A stretch of DNA of 64,000 nt, taken from assembly GCA_039096225.1 (NCBI GenBank), contig JBBPEB010000032.1:124001-188000 (forward strand), written 5' to 3'. The notes below the pieces were generated by a model. It saw only the letters and a list, made by a program, of their open reading frames with translations. It made no database searches and was not told where the DNA came from. Both the position numbers and the translations under genes were made by a program. Positions 36,201 through 48,459 of the stretch are shown piece after piece. Origin of the DNA: Blastocystis sp. Blastoise. Taxonomy: Eukaryota > Protista > Bigyra: Opalinata. How positions within the stretch are numbered: the stretch's first letter is position 1; each line of letters begins with the position of its first letter.

Positions 36201-39200
36201 TCATCATTCGAAGCTTCTAGAATATATCCTGAAGGTGTTCTTTCCGTACAATTTCTACTGTTAAAGATTGAGTAAGATGTTGGATATCGTCGATCATAAG
36301 AAGAATCGAAAGAATAGATAAATGAACTAAAATAACAAGAATTCATTTCCCAATTAGTTGAAAGATCATTATCAATAATATAGGATAAACTATCATTTAT
36401 AGTTGTATTAGAATCGGAATAAATAGATCCTTTTGTTAATATATTTTGTTCATTATTTAATGGAACAATAATAGCCGAGAAATATATATACACCGTAGAA
36501 GATTGTGAAAGAGATAGTATAGAAGAAGATGATGAAGATGATGATAATAATAATGATGATAAAGATGAAGATGAAGATGATGATAATAATGAAGATGATA
36601 ATAATAATTGTGAATGTGATAATAAATTCAATGATACTTTATTATATGTTTCAAAAGGTTCATTACCACAAGGTAATAATTCTAAAAATGAAATACAATT
36701 TAATCCATTATTTACGATTTCATTATAAAATTCAAAAGATATATAAATAATAGCATATTTCTTTTTATGATTTCTATAGAGTAAGCATGTAGATTCTGTT
36801 ATATTTCCTTCAGGAATATTAATTCGATTAATTTCATTTCCATTTAAATAAAGAATAATTCCACCAATATAAGTCACTTCAACAAAAAATCCGGAATAAT
36901 CTTCAACAGATGGTATATATATAATTGTACGAAAATAATGAATATGTCCTTTAGAAAGTGGAAAAAAATAATCTCGTGATTTCAGCCAATCAGAATCATT
37001 ATAATTGACTAATGTCCAATCAGGAAACACAGGTGAGATATCATTTTCATTCAGTTGGTAACTCCAAACTAAAGAACTATCATCTGTTTCTCTTTCGATA
37101 TGAAATGATATTATATAAGGTCGTTGATCTATAGAAGTGCTTATATCTGTATAAGATTCCATAATTGTATGATTATTTGATAATAAAAATATAGTTGTAT
37201 CTTTATCTCCCCATCCTTTCCTCTTATTATCTTCTAAAGCAATAAGATAATCTCCAGGAGGAATGCAATATCCTTTATGAATCACACTAGGAGCATAAAT
37301 ATCACTAATAATATCTATATATCGTGATGTATCATTCTTAGTATATAAATATAATGATTTTGATATAGAATCACTGTTCTTTCGATTCGTTATATAGATA
37401 AAGAATGGAGTATTTGGTATAGAACAAATAGTAACAGAAATAAGGAGTGTTGTATTATAATAGACATCATCATCTCCTAAAGCTTGTATTGTTAACATCA
37501 CTTGAGGAATATATATAGCAGGACTACCATAAATATTACCACTATTACTATCTATATATAATCCTTCAGGTAATACTCCTTCTTCTATAGAGAAGAATGA
37601 ATATCCTGAAGACGCCGTTACCCGCGGGAATTGGAGATCTCGATAACTAATAACAGAAGAAGGAGTGTATTTAAGGGGACTCATAGTTGTATTTTTATTT
37701 CTATAGGAATTCATTTCAATTTCATGGATTTGTATATATTGTTGACTAACAGTATTATCACTCACAAAAATATCGTCACGAAAATCACGGTAAAATATAA
37801 ATTTATACATATTATAAGCTTCTGTATGAGGCATAGTATAAAAACATCGTTTTTGAAGTCGATCTTCCCATTGAATATTTGTATAATTACCTAGAAATAT
37901 ACAATGTTCTTTATTTATACATCCAAAGAAAGACCATGATGTAGGATCACACTCAGTAGAATCACGACTACTTGTTAAACAAAATGTATGAATATATTCA
38001 TAACGAAGAGGATTCTCATAATATAAATACATATCTACAGAAGTATCGATAGATTCCAGTGGTAAAGAAAAGGATGTATTATTAGAAGATGAAAGAATTT
38101 GAAAAGAATTTCTTGTTGAAAAAGTATATAGAGTATTATTATTATTATGTTTATTATTATTATTATTATTAATATTATTAATATTATTAATATTATTAAT
38201 ATTATTATCATTATCATACATTTCTTCAGTTTTTGTTTTTCTCGATGAATCTTTGAATTCATATCTCCAATATGTTTTATATACTAAATCAACAAGATAA
38301 TTTCCTATATGAATATTATCATTATCAGCAATAACGGACATATCCCAACATCGATTATTATGTATACTATCTTTAATTAAACGAGCAGTAAAAGAAGTAG
38401 ATAAAGAAGTAGGTAATGATAATGGATTTATTATAGAAGCAAAAGCTATTATATTGGCTCCTTTAATTAAATAACTACTTGATATAACTACATCTCTACC
38501 TGAGAATGTAGTCATTGATGAAGTAGAAGTAGTATTATAATCAACAAAATCATCTTCAATAAATGTTTTATAGACTACTTTATTATTTATATAAAGAATA
38601 AATGAATAGGATGAATAGATTCGAAATAAGATACTATCATATTGTTTTACATAAGGAATATTAATTGTTACACGATAGAATTGTACAGATGTTTGAAGAA
38701 GAGGAGGAGGAGTAGTAGAAAAACAGGAAGTCCATGGATCATTCTTTATATCAGGTATATAATCATTTGTATACCAATTAGAAGGCATACTAGATTCTCT
38801 ATTTAATAAACATAATACTAAAGAACTTCTATATGGAATTATATATTGAAAATTTAATGGCATATCTAATTCTGTTCCTGTATCTAATAATACTCGATTT
38901 AATGTATAATTCTCATAACTATTTGATAAAGAGATAGTCAAGGAACTCTTAGAAGACCACCCTTGTTGAAGTTCTGTATATAATACTAAAAAATAATTAT
39001 CATAAAAAAAAGTATGATCTAAAGAATAAGGTGTATTTGTAATAGTATCATGATATTCTAATACAATTTCTTTATTACTATTCAGAATATAGAAATGTTC
39101 ATAGCTAGAAGAATATGAATTTGATGTTTTTAAAAATGTTACAGACATAGTATTAGAATACGTACATATACTTGTATTAATATATATAGATATAGATTCA

Positions 39201-40946
39201 ATTTGAGAATAAGTATTTGTAGCACTAATAACAATAATTCCATTCCAAGGAATAGAAAAGAAGCCAGTTATAGTTCCAGTTTGTTCAGATAATGTTAGAT
39301 TTGAAGGTAATATTAATGGATAAGTATTAATAAAATGAGTATATCCAGAAGAAGTAGGAGGTATAAATAGATTATCATTAACACATAAATTAAATACATT
39401 ACTACTATATAATAATTGAGATCGAATAATATTTGAATTACCATAGAGAATTATATTACATATTTGAGTTTCATTATTTTCATTATAAGTGGATACAACT
39501 TGAAATCGTATTTGATGATAAGCTTTCGTATTTGAATATACAGGAAACACTTGTTTTTGTTTACGTCCTGTAAATTGTTTTAATTGTAGAATCATAATGA
39601 GTTCCCACTGATTATTTATTTGACTACCATATAATGCTATTTCTTTAGGATCATTTCGTTGAAAAGCAAAGCCACTAACAATCTCGATTTCATTAAACCA
39701 TTCATAATAATTCTCTTCAAATGTATATATAAATGAGCAATCCGTGTTTTTACATGTCCATTGAGTACGTAGATTATTGTCTACTACATGATCTGGAATA
39801 TCACTACCAACAGAAGATCCAGAAGTAATTCCACCGTGAATAAGACGAGGTATATGTTGACCATATAAAGGTAATATAAAGAAATCAAATTGATCATCCA
39901 TTATTTGATGTAATTGACTAGGGTGGACTTCTATAGCTATACATATACTATTATTATTATGTATCCATTGTAAAGTTTGTAAGGTATAATAATGATAGGA
40001 ATAAGTAATATCTTCAGTAGTAGCATAAGTATTAGGAGCTATAATAACATTATTTAAATATCGTTTTACTAATTCAACACCATTTATATATATAACATAA
40101 CCTTCTCTTGCATGTATACCTAGTTGAAGAACTGGATATAATGAAGAATCAAAGAGAAATGGAGAAGAATAACGGTAATACTTAGTATGCCCTAAAGATT
40201 GAGGAAATAATCCTGGGAAATAAGAAGACCAACGAGTATCATCAAAAGACATCGATTTCCAATCATTATTATATTGTGGACTACTTGTATACTGCCAAGT
40301 AGAATTCTTATATATAGAAAATTGAGCTATAGAAAAATCAAATAAAACTCTATTGAAATAGCAAGTATTTTTTAGAGACATGCAGATAAAATAAATAAAA
40401 AGGATATAAATAATATGTATAATATTTTTAAAAAAACTTATAATAATTGTAAAAAAAATAAACTATATTAAAAATAAATTACTATTAAATGCCCATAAGT
40501 AGGATGCACCAATATCAAGTCTATCTTTTATAATTCTTATTTTATCTATGTCTACATAGAAAATTGACTCTGGAGACCATCCTTGAGAAAGTCTAAAAAA
40601 AAGAAGATGAATGATTTATATAAATATATCAAATAACTTACGAATCATATCCACCAATAGTATATAAGTCTCTAGATACACATACTGTATAGCTTAGAGT
40701 AGATAGATCATTATTTAAACCACTCAAAGAAATGATAACATCTTGATCAATAGACGTACTTCTGAATAAAGTTAATCTTTCTTTGTATGACTCTTTTCCA
40801 TACGTCCTTGTTATGTTTAATAATATTTGATCACTTGGACACTGACTCTTTACCAAAATTGCATATAAACCTATAATAAAATATTGAATACTATGCAAGA
40901 GATTCATACAAATTTCGATAAAGAATAAAATGGAGTAAGTCACCAT
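33215..40946 (-). CDS. Giant type I membrane surface protein (~2500 aa), paralog of 21772-26876, with extra alternating Cys-rich HRM-like and He_PIG repeats; introns 40593-40641 and 40327-40482
   Basis: Hydrophobic N-terminus ending VKSQCP; the same WQY..WKSMSFDDTRW and GYVIYINGVEL modules; five CxxDGxWPxT..C..G..RxC..C units; TM YLWLLLSGCFLCIIVITLIVCYLF; the true start may be the second Met (MNLLHSIQ). Confidence 0.85.
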
Positions 40947-41776
40947 TCTCCAAGAGAAAGCAATAAAGATTAAACAAAAATGAATATCGACAAGAGAAAA
41001 TACTCATTTGGGGCTCATTTGCTCATTATTTAAAGTTCCAGAATTGACGGAGAAAATCCTCATTTTCCCATCAAAAAAAAGAAAAAAACACAAATTTAAC
41101 GAATTTATTCAACATTATTGGACACTATTATTTAGGGAAAAAATGATTGGTTGCTATTTTTGAATTTTTCTTTACGACTATTCACGGGTATTTAGAAAAT
41201 AATACAAGTAAATTGACAGATTCCCATAAAGATAGATTTTTTTTAACAACTAGTTTATTTTGTTTTTTTTTCCTATAAACACGTTTTCTTTAATGATTCA
41301 TGCTCCTAAGTTCCATTAGAGTTATCAAGGAATGATCGTATATCGATCATTGTCTATATTATGTAATATTTATACAAATTTTGTAGAACTGCTTTTCAAA
41401 ATGTACATATCTATCTGATTAATATTGAATATCTTATATAGCAATGCTGTTGACGATGGGAAGATTATATTAGCGACAAAGAAAAGCGATTTTTATGAAA
41501 ATTTGGTCAACACTAAACAAATATTTAAATTTCTAAGATCAAAGATTCTTAAACAGATCAAATTATATATATAGATATCCAAATATACATATATATAAAA
41601 CAGAGAGTCCTTTTTTTAAAAAGTAACACAAGAAAACACAAAACTGTACGAAGGCAAAAGACGACAAAATGAAAAAGAAGAAAATAAAGTATTAAAATAA
41701 AAAAAAATGATTCTTTATTTATTGATATTAGACCCTACAAGTAATATGAGTATGTTTTGAAACAAGATACATATGT

Positions 41777-43509
41777 TTATTCAGCATATCCAGGAATCGA
41801 AATGTCCAGTTCATTATATGTGTCTATCTGTTCAGAGTGTGTTTTATAAAACTCGTTTGTATCTTCTAAGAGAGTTTCAAACATTTCTGGTGTTTCAATA
41901 TCACATAATACATTATGTATAATTAAAATAAAGGAAATCAATTGTTTATGATAGATTCAGTTGAAAATAATAATTTTTAAATATTTGAATTAATGGAATC
42001 AAAAAGAGATATATGAAATAATATATATATATAATTATATAAAAGGATATAATTTATTCGATTTCGTTTACGTAAATGATATTTATGAACACCAAAATAA
42101 GTTAATAAAGACTATATATATAGAAATAGTATATATGTATATTGTGAAAGAGTAAAGAGAAAAATAATATGTGATTATTATTGAATAATTTTATATTCTA
42201 TATATTATATTAAAAAAGAGTATACTAATATTATTATTATAAAAGTATCTATGATTATGTATATATATATACACTTTGATTGTCTTCGCATTCACTATCT
42301 TCTATAAACATATACTTTTGTTCCTCAACGTTATAATCACTATCCTCACTATCTTCAAAATCTTCACTATTTCTACTTAATAGAGGCATCACAAGATCTT
42401 TTGTGTTTTGTATATATCTATCCATATCACAACTCTTCATCTTCTTATACTATATATATATAGTAGAATTATAGAGAGAATCATAAGAATCATAATTCAT
42501 TAAAAAAAAATAGTGATATATATAAAAAAATAATTTAAAATGAAAGTATATACAATATCATTTATAGATATACTATTCACATATATAAGAAATAATATTT
42601 AAATATATATATATTTATATACCATTCGTTCCACAAGTGTATATGTTTCCTCTTCTGTATCTTTATACATAAATATAGTTTTAATTAAATAAAGTAGACT
42701 TCCTAAAACTGATGTTTTCTGTATAGTATTATTAAGCATTTGAATATATTCGACAGAAAAGAATGGAGACAGTAATAAGGATATTATAAATTGAATGAAA
42801 ACAGTTGTTATTATAGTTAATAACAAACCCGGTCTAGCTTCACTTGTCTAGATTATATATATATAAAGAAATTAGAAATATAACAGTATAAAAAAAACAA
42901 AAAGTATTCAATAATAATAATAAATATAATAATATAATAATTATAAACATAAATATACTAAATATAATAAAACACAATAATAAACATAATCATAATAAAT
43001 ATACTCTTTGAAAGTTAGTAGCTATACAAGCAATGCATCCCCAAAAGCAGAGCATAATAATAGATTTCAAATCATTAAATGTCAGTAATAATTCTTCTTG
43101 AATTTTTTCTAAATAAGAAAGTTGTTTCTGAATCCATCCTAAAACTGACTGAAGCATGCTGAAATGCTCGTCAGCACGTTCTTTCACATCGTCAAACGAG
43201 TATTTCATATCATCCTTTATATATGTATATATATATTAATATTATTTATTCATAATAGTAATCAATATATGATCTTTTCAAATGTATATTATATATTCTA
43301 TAATACTAGGATTATAACTTTATATATATATACATTTAGTTTTCCTACATTATCATTAGTATCTTTTGCACTTTGAGCAATAGCTTTTGTTTTTATTAGC
43401 GACTCTTCTTGACGTTGTAATACTTTTGTTTGCACATTCACTGCTAGAGACCTATAGAGACATTCTATCTATTCTATTATAATACGAATAACTATTGTTT
43501 ATGATAATA

Positions 43510-43541
<32 letters not shown>

Positions 43542-44425
43542 TTAATAATATATATATTATTATACACAGTAGATGAAGCTTCATAAGTAACAGATTGAAG
43601 ATTCTTCAAATTCTGCTCTTCTAAATCTTGCCATAACTATATATATAGTTATTAATGAATATTATATATATTATATATAATTATTAATTAATATTATATA
43701 TTATATATAATTATTAATTAATATTACACATATTCTATAATAATAACAAATATAATTATTAATTAATATTACACATATTCTATAATAATTACAAATATAA
43801 TTATTAATTAATATTACACATATTCTATAATAATAACAACTATAATTATTAATTAATATTACACATATTCTATAATAACAAATACTATACATATATACTT
43901 CAGATTGTCGATAAAAACATATATTATCTGTTTGATGAACAAACATTGTATACACCATAAAATAATCTGGAGATAAAAGAGCTGTACATTCATGAATATC
44001 CTCTGCAGTACATATTTGTTGTGGATAATCTATACTATTCATTGTATAAAAATTAAAAGACAAAAAAAAATACTAATATCACGAAAATGACAATTCATTA
44101 CATTAAATGCAAATTTATCTTTAACACCACTATCCATACTCCCACATGCTGTTTCCATTTCCTGAAATGTTCTCTATATATTCATATTTTTCATCAACAA
44201 AAATAAATCAAACATACACTCCAACAATCAGGAAATCGACTTGATTTACTATATCCTTTCCACAGAATAAAGTCTTCTTCACCTTTTTTAATTTGTTCTT
44301 CATAGGATTTCTTCGATAAATTTCCTTTACCTAATGAAGTGATTATTATTCATTGTTTTGAATATAGAAATACCAAGAACAAGAATAATAAATTCTATTA
44401 AAACAACAAAATACAAAAAATACAT
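41777..44425 (-). CDS. GEX1: GEX1/KAR5/Brambleberry family nuclear-envelope fusion (karyogamy) protein
   Basis: Spliced product: signal peptide MYFLYFVVLIEFIILVLG; Cys-rich domain PDCWSRTFQEMETACGSMDSGVKDKFAFNVMNCHF...QICTAEDIHECTALLSPDYFMVYTMFVHQTDNICFYRQSELWQ; coiled coil; 2-3 TM segments with TSEAR and YKD; tail with YHLRKR. Confidence 0.82.
41917..42050 (-). other. U12-type (minor spliceosome) AT-AC intron, last intron of GEX1
   Basis: 5' ATATCCTTTT; branch-like TTCCTTTAT about 11 nt before 3' ATAC; no AG in the interval; removal gives in-frame NY-NVLCDIETPEMF...GYAE*. Confidence 0.8.
43700..43885. repeat. About four copies of a 45-bp tandem repeat in a GEX1 intron
   Basis: TATAATTATTAATTAATATTACACATATTCTATAATAATAACAAA unit repeated. 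Confidence 0.85.
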
Positions 44426-44886
44426 ATTACTTTTCGTTTAAAATAGAAAAATATATTTTCCGAAATAAAAAAACAAAAAAAAAGTCAAAGTTATCAAAAC
44501 TGAATTGAATTAAAAGTATCTGAATTACTTTCAGAAATTTCTCTTTTCAAAAATATATATATATTATTCTTAATTTTAAAAGCATGAACAAAACAAAATA
44601 ATTTCAAAAAATAATAACTAAGTACACACAAGTGACGATTATAGATATAATATATATATGAGTATTTATGTTTATTATTAAATAAAAAATATTTTAAATA
44701 TTTTAAATATAATAAATTAAAAAGAACCACATTAGTAAAAAAGAAATCGAAAATATATAATGAATAATAGAATTAATTTGAGCAAAGAGTACAAAATAAA
44801 AAGCAAAAAAATATATAATTTTCCTTTTTAAATTTTTTAATAATAATGAATTAAAAAAAAGTCAAAAGAAATCAAAAAGATTTATT

Positions 44887-47078
44887 TTATAAATCTTCTT
44901 CTTCTTCTTCCTTTTCTTCATTACGATTTTCTCTATCTCTCTTTAAAGATTCTTGGAATTCTTCTTCACTCATTTGTTCAGCATTAGAACTATCGAAATG
45001 TATTTCTTGACCTTCTTGAGCCTTAGGAGCTTCAGGAGTTTCAGGAGCTTCAGGAGCAGCAGTAGTAGTTTCTTCTTCTTCTTCATCTTTAGTAACTTCA
45101 ATTTCAGGAGCTAAATCAAGACTATCAATATTCATACCCTTTTGCATCATAGAATAAACACGTTTAGCAAAAGCTTCAGGTTCAGTAATCATAAAGCCAG
45201 AATTCATTAAAGAACTATCAAATAATAAATTAGCAAAAGCTTTAGCAGTTTCATCTTCAGCATCAGCCTTAACCATATTATTAAGTTCAATAATAATAGG
45301 ATGTCTAGGATTAATTTCAAGAATCTTCTTAGCTTGCATATATTTAGCTCTTTCAGGATTTTGAAGAGCTTGAGATTTCATAATTCTTTCCATAGTAGCA
45401 GAATAACCCCATTTAGTAGTAGAGAGAACAGCAGGAGCAGATTCTAATCTTTCAGAAACTTCAACCTTTTCAACTTTATCACCAAGAAGTTCTTTCATCC
45501 ATTTAGTTAAATCTTCAAACATAGATTTATATTGTTTAGTTCTTTCTTTAGCTTCATCAGCTTCATCACCAAATTCAACACCTTCCTTAGTAATATCTTG
45601 AAGAGTCTTACCATCAAATTCCTTTAAGTTTTGAACAACATATTCATCAATAGGATCAGTGAAATATAAAACTTCAACATCTTTCTTTTCGAATTTTTCT
45701 AAGAAAAGATTATTCTTAAGATTTTCAAGATCTTCACCAGAAACGAAATAAATTTGTTTTTGCCAATCTTTCATATTCTTAACATATTGTTCAAGAGAAA
45801 TCCATTTATCATCAGATTTAGTAGATTTATAACGAAGAAGTTTAGAAAGTTTATTTCTATTAGCAGAATCTTCAATAACACCAATCTTAATATTCTTACC
45901 AAATTGTTCCCAGAAATCTTTATAATCAGTCTTTTCTTTTTCTTCAGTTTCAGTAGTTTCTTCTTCTTTAGTTTCTTCAACTTCAGGTTCAGTAGCTTCT
46001 TCAGTTTCTTCCTTTTCTTCTTCTTCAGGTTCATCTTCACTAGCAAGTTTCTTAATCATTTCAATAGCTTTACGAACAAGTTTCTTACCCATAACCTTAA
46101 GAACCTTATCTTGTTGTAATTGTTCACGAGAAACATTAAGAGGAAGATCATCAGAATCAACAACACCAACTAAGAAATTAAGATATCTAGGAATTAAATC
46201 TTCAAAGTTATCTTGAATAAGTACCTTACGAACATAAAGACGAATATTAGAAATCTTTTTACTATAGAAATCATCATAAAGATCAGAAGGAGCTTTAGAA
46301 GGTAAATAAAGAATAGCTCTGAAATCAATTTCACCTTCAGCCTTAAAGTGAATCCAAGTTAAAGGATCTTCTTCACCACCTTTATTAAGAGTTTTATAGA
46401 AATTCTTATATTCATCATCAGAAATTTCAGATTTATCACGAGACCAAATAGCTTTTTGTTTATTCATTTGTTCCCAACTCCAAACAGTCTTTTCTTCAGT
46501 TCTAGTCTTAGGTTTTTCATTTTCTTGTTTATTTTCTTCTTGATCTTCAGCATTAACTTCTTCAATATCTTCACCTTCAAAAACATCTTCTTCCTCTTCT
46601 TCTTCTTCAATAGGAACTTCAACAGTTTCAGTATGACTCTTATAAAGATAAATAGGGAAAGTAATAAATTCAGAGAATCTCTTAATAAGTTCTTCTAATT
46701 TAGCTTGATCTAAATATTCTTTAGCATCATCCTTAAGATAAAGAGTAATTTCAGAACCATGAGTAAGAGTATTACCACGAGGATCTTCACCTACAGTAAA
46801 AGTACCATCAGCACTAGATTCCCAAACATGTCTATATAAAAATATAATATTAAATATTCATATTATTTATATATTTTTTAAATATAAATATTATTATAAA
46901 TCAGTTCTCAAAGATGTCATCAATAAAATCAGACATACGCTCGAATATTATCCTCATATAATAATAATAAAATAATAATAATAATAAATAAAATAATAAA
47001 ATAATAAGATTCAGGTCTCAAAGATGTCATCAATAAATCAGACATACGCTCGATTGTTTCCACATATTCAAAAATAAA

Positions 47079-47143
<65 letters not shown>

Positions 47144-48119
47144 TAATAAAAATAATAAAAATAATAAAAATAATAAAAATAATAATAATAAAAATAATAA
47201 TAATAAAAATAATAATAATAAAAATAATAATAATAAAAATAATAATAATAAAAATAATAATAATAAAAATAATAATAATAAAAATAATAATAATAAAAAT
47301 AATAATAATAAAAATAATAATAATAAAAATAATAATAATAAAAATAATAATAATAAAAATAATAATAATAAAAATCAGACTGCGCTAAGGCTGTCAACAG
47401 TATAAATGTTCATGTTAAAAAGGCCATAAACAAATCATCAAGTTATTTTTTTATTTATTATTTTTAATATTAAAATATATTATATATATATATATAATTA
47501 TATACTGATCACTATCAACAGTCTTAGAAACAACACGAACCTTATCAGAAACAAGATAAACAGCATAGAAACCAACACCAAATTGACCAATTAAGTTAAG
47601 ATCAGCACCTTGAGCTAATTGTTCAACGAAATGAGTAGTACCAGATTTAGCAACAGTACCAAGATGTTCAATTAAATCTTGTTTAGACATACCAATACCC
47701 TTATCAGCAATAGTAAGTGTACCCTCAGCTTCATCAAAAGAAATACGAATATCAAGTTCATCCTTATTTTCACCTTCTAAAATACTAGAATCAGTTAAAG
47801 ATAAGAATCTAATCTTATCAATAGCATCAGAAGCATTAGAAATAAGTTCACGAAGGAAAACATCTTTATTTTGATATAAAGAGTTAATAAGAATATCCAT
47901 TAAACGGTTAACTTCAGCTTGGAATTCAAAAGTTTCAGGATTCTTCATAGTTTCTTGTTCTTTTTCAGTAGTTTCAGTTTCAGTAGTAGCCTTGAAATCA
48001 GCAGCTTCTTCAGCATTAACTTCAGATTCAACTTCTTCAGCTCTTACAGGAACAAAAGCTGGGAAGCCTAAGCAAATAATAGCAACAATAGCAAATATAA
48101 AACTAGCTCTAACTTTCAT
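44887..48119 (-). CDS. HSP90B1: Endoplasmin / GRP94 (ER Hsp90); single intron 46832-47505
   Basis: Signal peptide; [55 protein letters not shown]; C-terminal ER-retention variant EEDL. Confidence 0.97.
46897..46961 (-). ncRNA. Intronic box C/D snoRNA, dual guide for 18S rRNA Am28 and Cm38 (copy A)
   Basis: Sense strand: AUGAGGA (degenerate C)...CGAGCGUAUGU-CUGA (D')...UGAUGA (C')-CAUCUUUGAGAA-CUGA (D); guides antisense to 18S CAUACGCUCG and UCUCAAAGAU. Confidence 0.85.
47007..47069 (-). ncRNA. Intronic box C/D snoRNA, dual guide for 18S rRNA Am28 and Cm38 (copy B)
   Basis: Sense strand: AUGUGGA...CGAGCGUAUGU-CUGA...UGAUGA-CAUCUUUGAGAC-CUGA; near-identical to copy A in guides and internal boxes only. 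Confidence 0.85.
47070..47372. repeat. (TAA)n / (AATAATAATAATAAA)n spacer between the snoRNAs
   Basis: Seen directly. Confidence 0.9.
47371..47445 (-). ncRNA. Third intronic box C/D snoRNA, target uncertain
   Basis: Sense strand: UUGAUGA (C)...GGCCUUUUUAAC-AUGA (D'-like)...CUGUUGA (C'-like)-CAGCCUUAGCGCAGU-CUGA (D); GC-richer island in a nearly pure-AT intron. Confidence 0.7.
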
Positions 48120-48317
48120 TTTACAAAGTCAAAAATAAAATAATTTTGTTTAAAGTTTAAGATGAAATTAAAAAATTGTACAAAAGAAAAAGGGAGCTTC
48201 AAATAAGGTCATTTACTATTATTTGTATCCTTATTGAACTTCTGTTTTTCGTTTATTTTTTATAAAATAGGGTCAGTTTCGTTTTTATACCTGATTCTTC
48301 CATGATTATTTTAGAGT

Positions 48318-48459
48318 ATCTAGAAAGTTCTTTCTCTTTTCATCATTTTATTTAGAAACTTCCGTTGACTTCTCCCTTTTCATCCAAATCTTTGGCTTTT
48401 TATTCTTTCATACACAGACTGATTTCCTCTTAATTTTTAACATTTTCTAGAAAACTTCC
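48318..48459. promoter_or_regulatory. Cluster of heat-shock-element-like nGAAnnTTCn motifs upstream of GRP94
   Basis: ATCTAGAAAGTTCT (48318-48331), TAGAAACTTCC (48353-48363) and TTCTAGAAAACTTCC (48445-48459), 200-340 bp upstream of the ATG. Confidence 0.5.

Noticed and set aside
45754-46698. Antisense and alternate-frame ORFs over GRP94 (similarly 14038-14424, 29917-30201, 60337-60640)
   Set aside because: Shadows of biased codon usage in real genes; no independent coding signal
46897-47069. Repeat-spacer-repeat pattern suggesting a CRISPR array or an inserted rDNA fragment
   Set aside because: Only two copies, in a eukaryotic intron with no cas genes; the two 18S-matching pieces are in swapped order and each abuts a CUGA box, which fits snoRNA guides
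41777-48119. GEX1 next to an ER chaperone as a functional karyogamy cluster
   Set aside because: The known links involve BiP and J-proteins rather than GRP94, and adjacency in a gene-dense genome is expected by chance
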